A stretch of DNA of 64,000 nt, taken from assembly GCA_963555995.3 (NCBI GenBank), contig OY821641.1, positions 3,008,001-3,072,000 of the forward strand. Reading direction: 5' to 3'. Made by a program: the position numbers and the translations under genes. This document shows positions 18,345-28,200 of the stretch, one piece after another. Positions within the stretch are counted from its first letter, which is position 1, and every line of letters starts with the position of its first letter. This DNA comes from Vicinamibacteria bacterium (lineage in GTDB: Bacteria; Acidobacteriota; Vicinamibacteria; Marinacidobacterales; Marinacidobacteraceae). The notes beneath the pieces are model-generated. The model saw only the letters and a program-made list of their open reading frames with translations. It searched no databases and was not told the DNA's origin.

Positions 18345-18444
18345 GTTCGTTTCTCCTTTGGGTCCCCATCGGTTGAGGGGTTCGGATGCTGGGTTCTCGT
18401 CGCGATCCGCGTCCCACACTCTTGCGTCGTTTCCGGAAGGTTCC

Positions 18445-19308
18445 TCACTTCGGCCTCTCGAATCGGTACACGGCGACCTTGGCCGTCTCCATGACTTGCC
18501 CGTTCCACACGAAGCCGAGCTGGAGGCACTCGTGGACGGTCCGGTCCTGATCCTTCTCGTGCGTCGGCCTCACGCTCACGATCGTCTGCATGCGGGCATC
18601 GAACGGTTCGCCGGGCTCCGGACGATGGGGATCGAGACCGAAGTTCTCTAGCAGAACCTCCATGTCCTCCTGGAAGTTCGCCAGGAGATCGAGCGCCCGC
18701 TCGGGGGTGAGTTCCTCAGGCTTCCTGCTCCAGGCGGCGGCCTGCTTCCCCATGTCGCGCTGAAGACTCAGCACGGCGCGGACCAACGGTCGAACGGCCT
18801 TCCCGAGGAGGTCGCGCTTGAACTCCTCGTTTTCCTTGTGGAGGGTGTCAATCGTCTGCTGTTTGGTCGCGTCGTAACGCAGCTTGGCCTCGAACTCGTT
18901 GAGGATCCTGCCGAGCAGCGCTTCCATCGAGACGAGACGCTCATTGAGTCGCTCTTGGGCAGCGTCGCCATTCGTCGCCTCGCTCCCGTCGGACGTGGCC
19001 GACCCGGCGGCCGGGACGGAGCGCTGCGCGCGAGCGCCGCCCGTATCGGGGGCGGTTGGCGGACATGTGCTCTCGGCAGGCTTTTCGGGTTGGTCAGGGC
19101 CGGCTCCGGTTGCCGGGCCGCCGCCATCCCCGGCGGCGTCGCCGGCCCCCGCTGGAACAGGCGTCTCGCCCGGGGCATCGAGCTCGGCGGCGGAGTTCTC
19201 AGGCGCAGAATGAGGCAACGTTTCGATTGCCGGCGGTTGTTCTGCTCCGGCGGAGGCCGGACCCATGGCCGGGGTATCGTTCCGTCGCCGGTTCAACCAA
19301 CCCATCAC
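18445..19308 (-). CDS. GrpE-like nucleotide exchange factor with a long disordered N-terminus
   Basis: Coiled coil followed by GEPFDARMQ...VHECLQLGFVWNGQVMETAKVAV (GrpE beta-head pattern); directly upstream of the Hsp70 genes. Confidence 0.8.
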   Translation of the reverse strand: MMGWLNRRRNDTPAMGPASAGAEQPPAIETLPHSAPENSAAELDAPGETPVPAGAGDAAGDGGGPATGAGPDQPEKPAESTCPPTAPDTGGARAQRSVPAAGSATSDGSEATNGDAAQERLNERLVSMEALLGRILNEFEAKLRYDATKQQTIDTLHKENEEFKRDLLGKAVRPLVRAVLSLQRDMGKQAAAWSRKPEELTPERALDLLANFQEDMEVLLENFGLDPHRPEPGEPFDARMQTIVSVRPTHEKDQDRTVHECLQLGFVWNGQVMETAKVAVYRFERPK

Positions 19309-19374
19309 CAGGGGATCCTCACGCCGGCCGAGGGGCTCGGCCGGTGGACGCCAACAGCGAACTCAACTCGACCG

Positions 19375-19523
19375 GTGTCGAGTCGGTACTTGCCCTCCAG
19401 GGTAGTGCCGACACGGTGGTCGTATTCGTCATCCGGCGGACCCTCGGCGCCTCGCTCGGCTCCCCACCAGACGCAAGGCCCCGTGCCGCCATTCATCCGC
19501 CTACCGCAGTCTCTACAGATCAT
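19375..19523 (-). pseudogene. 5' remnant of a Ser/Thr kinase paralog
   Basis: MICRDCGRRMNGGTGPCVWWGAE...VGTTLEGKYRLD matches the N-terminus of 4386-6818, and the homology then stops. Confidence 0.8.
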
Positions 19524-19610
19524 TGCCAACTGTTGGGCTGGCAACATTATCATTATTTTTCTCTCGATTGCCACCGGCGGTCCCGCGCACTCCGGCGGGC
19601 TCGCCAGCGG

Positions 19611-19648
19611 CTAACTGGCTGTGGCCAAACCCAGGTGAGCGCCGAGAC
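19611..19648 (+). mobile_element. Degenerate left end of the 179-bp MITE
   Basis: CTAA-CTGGCTGTGGCCAAACCCAGGTGAGCGCCGAGA resembles the MITE left end. Confidence 0.5.
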
Positions 19649-19710
19649 CCCCACCGGGAGAAATGCCCATGATCGGGACTTTCCGCACAACCCGCCGGGC
19701 ATGAAAATGG

Positions 19711-19750
19711 CTGGAGCGCCGATCTTCAGATCTGAAGACCGGCGCTTCAG
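19711..19750. repeat. Collapsed REP-like palindrome
   Basis: CTGGAGCGCCGATCTTCAGA|TCTGAAGACCGGCGCTTCAG, the same motif family as 36029-36204. Confidence 0.65.
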
Positions 19751-19774
19751 GCTGGGACTGCCATCAGGACGGCC

Positions 19775-20227
19775 AGCGGCTTGCCAAGACACGCTGCGGT
19801 TCTAACTGTCCACCTTCGCCATGATCCTGTTCCGGGGGCTGCAGGAGGCGCTGCGCAACACCCGGCTGGCCGTGGCCGGCGCAGAACCGATCCGGCTCCG
19901 CCTGCTGAAGATCGGAGTTCTGGTCCGGATATCGGTGCGGCGCGTCCGCCTCGCCATGTCCTCCGCCTGCCCCGACCAGGACTGTTCCGCCTCGCCTGCG
20001 AACGCCTGAACCGCACCTCAGGCCCGCCACACGGCCGCCCCCCCGAGAGGCGGCGCCCTGTGCCCAAAGGTGCTCGTCACCCCGGATGAGCGAGCCCAGC
20101 CCCCCCAGCGGATACCGCATCCGACCCGACGCCTACCTCCGCACTCGTGCCAAACGGTGCCGCCCGCTCCCCACGCCTCCCGAAACCTCCAATTCCGCCG
20201 TCCCGCCAGCAGTATGAGAAGTCCGGG
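19775..20227 (+). mobile_element. IS1380-family remnant (transposase C-terminus and right end)
   Basis: IRLRLLKIGVLVRISVRRVRLAMSSACP is typical of IS1380 transposase C-termini. The segment ends in TGAGAAGTCCGGG followed by TTAG. Confidence 0.7.
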
Positions 20228-20289
20228 TTAGAGAGCCCTCCCACGAGCGGCCGGACAGTTCGGGGCGCGGTTCTTCGGCGACCGCTGGG

Positions 20290-20520
20290 TGTCAATGGGC
20301 TCCGAAAATGTCCCACTTTTGGGTTTCTGGCGGGCCGGGAGTTGAGTAACGGGGCTGATGGGGGGAGTTTTGACCGGTCGGCAGCCGCGGACGGAGTGAA
20401 CGTAGGGGGCCGAGCGAACGGAGCTCCGCGGCTGCCGACCGAGTCTCACCTTGATTGTCGCTGGCGTCTCACCCTGATTGACGCGCCACAGGTTCCAAGC
20501 TGTCCGCCACTTTTGGTGAC
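20290..20520. mobile_element. Possible IS21-family end remnants
   Basis: TGTCAATGGGCTCCGAAAATGTCCCACTTTTGG and a second CCACTTTTGG box resemble IS21 terminal repeats. No transposase is present. Confidence 0.35.
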
Positions 20521-20696
20521 CAGCGGGGTGCGCAGGAGGACCGATCATGGGGGTTTCTCCCGGTGGGGGTTCCAAGCCGACGGGGAGTTCAGCCGGAAGA
20601 CCCGGAACCTCGCGGCGTTCAAGGTGGAGCGGGCCTGGGCGTCGGTGCCGGCGCCAGCCCGCTGCCGGGACGTCACGCAGCAGTGGCTCCCCGACG

Positions 20697-20786
20697 CTAT
20701 CCCGACCGGACCTGACTGAGCAGCGACAACAGCGAATCCCCCGTCAGCGAGTCCACCTCGTCCAGCAGCAGCACCAGCGGACGCGG
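20697..20786 (-). pseudogene. AAA-type ATPase fragment (Walker B region)
   Basis: [29 protein letters not shown], then a stop. Confidence 0.5.
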
Positions 20787-20952
20787 ACGGCTGCGGCGGT
20801 GGCCTATGGACTGCTGGAGACGGGCGGCGACGAGACGATCCTGGTCTATGACCTCGGCGGCGGCACGTTCGACATCACCGTGCTCGACATCAAGGCGGGC
20901 TCCATCGCGGTCGTGTGCACCGGTGGGGATCACAATCTGGGCGGCAGGAACT
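20787..20952 (+). pseudogene. 166-bp inverted copy of the Hsp70-B interior
   Basis: Matches the reverse complement of 15998-16163 with about 5 mismatches by eye ([29 protein letters not shown]...). Confidence 0.9.
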
Positions 20953-22174
20953 CACCTCCTCGGACCGCGTGGCCATTGTGGACTTCGACCACGTGGCGAG
21001 GGTTCACTTGCCGCTCACCTCGCTTGCCGACGAACGGGCGCGGTCCCGGGTCGAATCCGCAATTGACGAGGTGGACAGTGACGGCGGCACCGATCTCGGG
21101 GCAGGGCTCGCCGCCAGCTTCGCCGAGTTGCAGCGGGCGTCCGCCAGCGAGGGGCGCGATCGGCATGTGATCTTCCTCACCGACGGTGTAGGGCAATACT
21201 CACCAGAGGTGCTCGAAGCCGGAATCGCTGCGAAAGCAACCGTTCATACGGTGGGTCTCGGCGATGGAGTGGATGCGGCTCTGCTCACGGCGATCGCCAC
21301 CGCTACCGGAGCGTCGTACTACGCGGTGAGCGATGCCTCCGATCTGGTGGACGTCTTCGAGAGCGTCTTCGACCAGCAGTTGGCCATGAACGCGGTCGCG
21401 GCGGGCGGCGAGCGGGGAGAACTCCTGACGTCGGGCTGGCTGCTGCTGGTGGTGCGCACCCTGAGTTGGGGGGTCATGGGTCTGCTCATCGGCATGGGGC
21501 AGGGGTTGGCGTACAACACCCGGGAGGACTTCCGGGCCTGCGCCTTTGGAGGGCTCGCCGGCGGGCTGGCCGGTGGCGCGCTGTTCAACCCGGTCAGCCA
21601 ACTTGCCGTTCTGGGCTCGGGCCTCTCGGCACGAGCGGTCGCGGACGTGATCGTGGGCGCGACCATCGGTGGCTCGATGAGGATTGCGCAGACCACGCTG
21701 GCCGAGTCCGACAACCCGAAGACCACGATGCTCACGATTCTGCCGGAGCCCCCTCGGGATGCCGGATTGAGGGCTGACGGATCCGGAAACACGAGGCTCG
21801 AAGACCGGGGCGCGAGCCATCTGGGGCTACGGGATTTCCTCCGTCACGGATTCGGGAAGAGCCGAGGGAGTTCGGCCGCGCCCGGAGCAGCCGTGTCCGG
21901 CGCCGGGACCACCGGACGAAAGGTGGAGGAAATCTTCCGGGGGCTGACGGCCCTGGGCGAGCGGGATCACTATTCCTTCCTCGGCGCGGATCGGAGTTGG
22001 ACGCTGGCGCAGCTCCAGAAGACGTGCCGCGAGATCCATTTGGCGCGGATGAAGCAGAAGGACGACGCCCGGATGAAACTTGCCGGGAAGATCAGGCAGC
22101 GTCTTGTCACCGAAAAAGACCGCAAGGAATTGGACGAACTGATCGAGAAGTACCATGAAACCAGTCGCGACTGA
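20953..22174 (+). pseudogene. 5'-truncated vWA domain - TM helices - J-like domain protein
   Basis: [17 protein letters not shown] and VHTVGLG are vWA motifs, but the N-terminal DxSxS is absent. Gly-rich TM helices and a C-terminal DHYSFLG domain. Joined out of frame to the Hsp70 fragment. Confidence 0.75.
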
Positions 22175-22209
22175 CGGGGGAAGGGAGTTCCCGCAAATCT
22201 GAGGAAGCC

Positions 22210-24158
22210 ATGTCCGGCGGCGAGAACACGAGACTCCAGGTAGAGCGGATCTACCGGGAACTTCGTGCGCTGGGCGAGGAGGATCACTATTCGTTTCTCG
22301 GCGCCGCGAGGGGTTGCCCGAAGGACGACCTCTGGAACCGGTGCGGGGAGGTTTACAAAGAGAGCAGGAAGGCTCGGGCTGACGACCGGAAGACCCTTGC
22401 CGGCAAGCTCCGGAAGTACTTCCGCACCGAGGAGAGCCGCAGCAAGTTCGATGCGCTGATCGAGAAGTGCCGTCAGGAAGAACACGCCGCGGCGGCACGT
22501 GGAGCAGCGGACGCCCGACGGGCCAGGGCGGAGGAGGAGCGGCGGGCTTGGGATGCCGGCGGTACGCGGCTTGGCAGGTGGCGCCGCCGGAGCGCCCTCG
22601 CGACGACGGTGTTGCTCGGGGTCTGGGTCGTGCGGAGCTGCCTTTCCGGCGACCAGGCTTCGGGCCCGCAGATGGCCAACGATCACCCGTGCGGTCAGGC
22701 GGGCGGGACCCTCGTGCAGGCCGGCTCCTCCACACCCGGTCGCCTGGACCAGCCCAACGAGCAGGACTGTTTCGTCGTCGAGGTTCCCGGCGGGTCCACC
22801 TTGACGCTCGAGACCTCCGGAACTACGGACACCATGGGTGTACTTCGCGGAAACGGAGTGGAAGCCAGAGACGATGACGGCGGTTCGGACGCCAACTTCA
22901 GGATTTCGGAGCGCGTGTCCGCTGGCACGGATTTCCTTGCCGTGGTCGGCTACGACGGAACAGCAACGGGCGACTACGCGCTGAGCGTCCAGGTGGCTCC
23001 CGATTCCGCCGCGGCTCCTGCTCCCGTCGCTCCCGCGCCTGATTCTGCCCGTCCCGCGCCGACCCCGACGGTGCGCCGACCGACCGCTCCCGAACCCGCC
23101 CCAGCGTCCCCGGCGCCCACCGTCTCGAATCCGCCCGCCAGCAGGCCGGCGCCGGCGTCGGCCCGTGAGGGCAGCTTGACGATTCGGGCGCTGCCGGGGA
23201 GCGCCGTGCAACTGGACGGCGTGGACGCCGGAACGACGGACGACTCGGGCATCCTCGGCCTGCCGGGGCTCCAGGCCGGCCGGCACCTGCTGGTGGTCCG
23301 GAAGGAGGGCTACGCCGACGCCCAGGCCACCGTAAGCGTGGTCGCGGGCCAGTCGGAGGTGGTGGAACTGTCGCCGGTCGCGTTGTCGGGGGCGCTCACG
23401 GTCACCGCCAATGTCCCGGACGTGACGGTGCAGATCGAGGGCGTCGGCGAGTACAGCCTGCCGGTGACGGGACTGGAGGTCCTGGCCGGACTGCGGCGGG
23501 TGGCGGCGAGCAGACCGGGATTCCTCCCCGTCGAGGACGCCGTCGAAGTCCGTGGCGGAGAAGCGGCGACACTGGAACTCGTGCTGGAACGCGTCCCCGT
23601 GGAGGTGGCCCTGCGGGAGGCCCAGAGTCTCTTCAACGTGCGGCAGTATCGGGACGCGGCCCGCGCCGCCGAGGCGGTCGTGACCGAAAACGGCGATGCC
23701 GGAGAGGCGTATCTCCTGCTCGGGAAATCGGTGTACGAGTTGGGAAGACTCGAGGACAGCGCGAACTTTCTGGGACGGGCCATCGAGCTCGGCCAGGCAG
23801 TCGAGCTGCCCGCGAAGCACCGGCATGGCGGTTTGGGGCTTCGAGCCGGTTTCTGTGAGGGCGTGATCGCCGTGAGCCGGAGCGTGGTCACCTACCGGTC
23901 AGCACAGGGACTGGACCACAGCTTCGTCACCACCCCGGACCGGATCCGTGCGGTCACCTTCCGGGATGACCGGATCGCCATGAGGATCGCGGTCCTCGAA
24001 GGCAATCGGGAGCGGGAGCGCAACTTCGACTTCATCCATCCGGACGCCGTGCAGCGGTCGGCGGACGAACGGGGTTGAGGACCGAGCTCTACTGCCGGCG
24101 CTGCGATGCGTCGTTGACGGTGCTCCTCGCGCTGCTGCAAAGCGCCCGCGGGTTCTGA
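22210..24158 (+). CDS. J-like - TM - PPC - PEGA - TPR-like paralog with a 1-nt frameshift near the 3' end (stop at 24078)
   Basis: Inverted paralog of 12764-14770. CGGGGTTGAGGACC here versus CGGGGGTTGCTGACC in the kinase; the homologous tail continues to TGA at 24158. Confidence 0.8.
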
Positions 24159-24368
24159 CGGGCTGTGACAACATCCACGCAACACGGTTCTCCCAGTGGC
24201 GGCTTCGGCGCTCGCGCGGGTTTCACCACCGGCTGTACAACCATCCCTCATGCGGACGGACAGTTCGGGTCGCGGGCCGTGTTGACCGCTGGGCCGCGTC
24301 GGGCGGCAGGTCGCTCGTGGCTGATGCAGCTCGGCTTCCGTGATTTGTTCTGACCAGGAAGGAGTGCC

Positions 24369-24905
24369 TTGACCGAGGAGAATCGGAACCTGACAGCGGC
24401 GGCGCAGCGCTGGGCCGAGCTGAGGTCCCGGATCGCCACCTACAGAAGAGAGCCCTTGGCGGTCGTCAAGGCCGATGCGGCCGCGGCCGTTTCCGAGGCT
24501 TGGTCCAGGTTCCTGAAGCTTGGCTTCATGAGCAAGCTGTGGGTCGTGTGGGTGGCATTCGTCGTCAGCTACTGCCTGTTGTTGGTGGTCGGGCGCGGTG
24601 TTTTCGACCTTGGCAATTGGGTGGAGTCCCTGTTCCTCGTGGGCGGGTTGGCCATCTTCCCTCGTTGGTACTCTGTCCGGCACCTTTCCTCGAGAGGTGC
24701 CGGCCTGCACATCCTGAGTAGGCTGTGGGTCGTGTGGGTGGTGTTCGTCGTCAACAACGGCCTGTTCTTCGTGATCTTGGGAGATGGTGTTTTCGCCTTG
24801 ACAAGTTGGGTGTTTTTCCTGGGCTTCGTGGGGGCTCTGGTGGTCCTCCCTCGTTTGTTCTACTTTTGGCTCTTTCCGTGGAAGCTCTTGACTCGAAAAT
24901 CGTGA
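24369..24905 (+). CDS. Membrane protein, paralog of 11560-12540 without the zinc ribbons
   Basis: QRWAELRSRIA...AWSRFLKLGFMSKLWVVWV...VVLPRL aligns with the paralog; AAGGAG RBS before the TTG start. Confidence 0.7.
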   Translation: MTEENRNLTAAAQRWAELRSRIATYRREPLAVVKADAAAAVSEAWSRFLKLGFMSKLWVVWVAFVVSYCLLLVVGRGVFDLGNWVESLFLVGGLAIFPRWYSVRHLSSRGAGLHILSRLWVVWVVFVVNNGLFFVILGDGVFALTSWVFFLGFVGALVVLPRLFYFWLFPWKLLTRKS

Positions 24906-24956
24906 AGCGCCGGAGTTGCGGCGCGATGAAGCCCTTCCGCCTCGCTCCGCTCGGCG

Positions 24957-25127
24957 GTGCCGGCCCCCACCGGGAGGACTGGCCGGAGGTCGGCGTTCCA
25001 AGCCGGGGGTGTCACCTCCGCCCTTGAGGTCCGCGCCGGGACGGGCATCATCTTGGCTGCGTCGGGTTGGGACGTGCGCAGCGCGGAGCGCTGCGCGTGC
25101 AGGTCTGGAGACCGGCGTTCCAAGCCG
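24957..25127. repeat. REP/BIME-like repeat
   Basis: Two CGGCGTTCCAAGCCG motifs; the interior is similar to 54042-54332. Confidence 0.7.
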
Positions 25128-25256
25128 TACGTGCCACAGGGCGGGTCTGGCTCTTCACGGCCGCGGGGATTCCCGGGTACCTTTGTGTCTTGAGACATGA
25201 CGCGGAACGTGCCTCCGCGGTATCCCCGGTTCCCATCCCTCCGGAGGACGACTCCC

Positions 25257-28200
25257 ATGCGTAACGCGCTGCGCCGTCACGGCGCCCTCTTGCTGAGCCT
25301 CGCCCTCGGGCTCCCCGCGGCCGCGCTCGCCCAGCCGGCGCCCGACGAACTCGGGGGGCTGCGGTTCCGCCACATCGGGCCGGTCGGGAACCGCACCCTC
25401 GCGGTGGCCGGCATCCCGGGCAACCCGGACATCTACTACGCCGGGGCCGCCACCGGGGGGATCTGGAAGACCGAGGACGGGGGCATCAAGTGGCGCCCGG
25501 TGTTCGACGATCAGGACGTCCACGCCATCGGGGCGCTGGCGGTCTCGGAATCGGACCCGAACATCGTCTGGGCGGGCACCGGCGAGACCTTCATCCGGGC
25601 GAACGTGTCCATCGGCATCGGGGTCTTCAAGTCCACCGACGCCGGGGAGACCTGGGAACACAGGGGCCTCGACGCGACCGCGAGGATCGGCCGGATCGTC
25701 ATCCATCCCACGAACCCGGACATCGTCTATGCGGCGTCGCTCGGCCACGCCTACACCCCGCAGCCGGAGCGCGGCATCTACCGGACCACGGACGGGGGCG
25801 AGACCTGGGAACACGTCCTGTTCGTGGACGAGCACACCGGGGCCTCGGACCTCATCATGGACCCGAACAACCCCCGGATCCTCTACGCCGGGATGTGGCA
25901 CCTCGAGCTCAAGACCTGGACCCGGGTGAGCGGCGGGCCCGGCAGCGGGCTCTTCGTGACCCGGGACGGCGGCGACACCTGGACGCGGCTCGAAGGCAAC
26001 GGCCTTCCGGAGCTCGATGTGGGGAAGGTCGCACTCTGCATGAGCAAGGCGGACTCCCGGCGGGTGTACGCGTTGATCGAGACCGCGGACGGGGTCTCCC
26101 TCGCCGGCGAGGAAGCGGAGAGCGGCGAACTGTGGATGACGAGCGACGGCGCGCATACCTGGACGCTCCAGACCCACAACCGCAACCTCTCCGGGCGGAA
26201 CGCCTACTACGCCCGCTGCGCCGCCGCGCCGGACGACCCGGACGAGACCTATTTCCTCACCGCTTCCTACGCCCGGTCGCTGGACGCCGGCAGGTCCCAC
26301 GAGCTCATGCGTTTCGACGACGCGCCCGGCTGGGACCACCACGACATGTGGATTGACCCCACGGACGGCGACCGGCAGGCGGTGGCGCACGACGGCGGGG
26401 TCTCCATCTCGCTGAACCGCGGCATGTCCTGGTACAAGATCCAGTTGCCGATCGCCCAGATGTACCACGTGACCGTGGACAACGACATTCCCTACAACGT
26501 GCTCGGCAACCGGCAGGACGGCCCCTCCACGCGCGGCCCGAGCCGGGCCTGGGTCAGCGGGTTCATCGGCGGCGGCCTCTCGCGGGGCATGTGGCACGGG
26601 GTCGGCGGGGGCGAGAGCGGCTTCGCGACCCCCGATCCGGAGGACCCGAACATCGTCTGGTCCACGGCTTCGGGCGCCGGCGCCGCCGGCGGGATCGTGA
26701 CCCGCTACGACGAGCGCGCCCGGCAGTTCCGCCAGCTCGAGGTCTGGCCGGAGAGCACCCGCGGCCGGCCCGCCGAGGACCTGCGCTACCGCTTCCAGTG
26801 GGTCTTCCCGCTGCTGATCTCGCCGCACGACCGGAACACGGTCTATGTGGGCAGCCAGCACGTCCACCGGACCACCAACGGGGGCCAGAGCTGGGACGAG
26901 GTCAGCCCCGACCTGACCACCAACGACAAGTCCCGCCAGACCATCTCGGGCGGCCTCACCCCGGACAACATCGGGGTCGAGTACTGCTGCGTGATCTACG
27001 CGATTGACGAGAGCCCGGTCACCGAGGGCGTCCTCTGGGCGGGGACCAACGACGGCCTGATCCAGCTCACGCGGGACGGCGGCGCGACCTGGACCGACGT
27101 GACCGCGAACGTCCCCGACATGCCGGTGGACGGGGTGGTCCGCAACATTGACGCCTCCAAATGGGACGCCGGCAAGGCGTACATGACCGTCGAGGCCCAC
27201 CAGGTCGGGAACTTCGAGCCCCACGTGTACCGGACCGACGACTTCGGGGCGTCGTGGACGAAGATCGTGAACGGCGTGGCCGACAGCCCGCTCAGCTACA
27301 CCCGGAACGTGCGGGAAGACCCGGTGCGGCCCGGCCTCCTCTACCTCGGGACCGAGAACTTCCTCTACGTGAGCTTCGACGACGGCGACAACTGGCAGCG
27401 GCTCGCGAACGGCCTGCCCCCGAGCCCGATGTACTGGATCGCCGTGCAGGAGCACTTCGGCGACCTCGTGGTGGGCACCTACGGCCGCGGTTTCTGGATC
27501 ATGGACGACATCTCGCCGCTCCAGCAGTGGACGGAGGAGGTGGCGGACAGCAGCGTCCACCTGTTCCAGCCCCGCGGGGCCTACCGCTTCCACCCCATCA
27601 CCCCGCCGTTCGCCCACTTCGACGACTGGTCGGAGGGGGAGAACCCGCCCTACGGCGCCCCGATCAGTTTCTGGCTCGCCGAGGCGGCCGAGGACCTCTC
27701 CATCGAGATCCGGAACGCGGTGGGCGAGACCATCCGCACTCTGGACGGAAAGGGCGAGAAGGGCCTGAACCGGATCTGGTGGGACCTCCGCGAGGAGGCC
27801 TCGACGCAGGCGGTGCTGCGGACGAAGCCCCTTTTCGCCGACTGGGTCACTCTCGACGAAGAGCGGACCCGCGCGGGGACGATCGGGCGCATCTCGATCC
27901 TCGCCCCGCCGGGCGACTACACCGTGGCGCTACGGGTCGGCGACACCGAGCGGACCGCGCCCCTCGAGGTGCGGAAGGACCCGAAGAGCGAGGGCGCGCT
28001 CGAGGACATCGCCGCCCAGACCGCGCTGCTCCGCCTGCTGCGGGCCGACCTCGAAACCGTGGTCGGGACGGTGAACGAGATCGAGTGGCTGCGGCGTCAG
28101 GTGCTCGACCGGAAGACGCTGGCCGAAGAGACCGGGCGGGTCGAGGCCATCGCCTCGGCGGTGGACGGGCTCGACGGCTCGCTGCTCGCCGTGGAGGAGC

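Noticed and set aside
14751-18494. 1247-aa plus-strand ORF antisense to both Hsp70 genes
   Set aside because: Long antisense ORFs opposite dnaK/hsp70 are a known artefact (often mislabelled glutamate dehydrogenase). Codon bias and the in-frame 93-bp spacer explain its length.
14988-19308. Housekeeping grpE-dnaK operon
   Set aside because: No dnaJ or hrcA, no DVLLLD linker or lid, and an island context, so the symbols dnaK and grpE were withheld.
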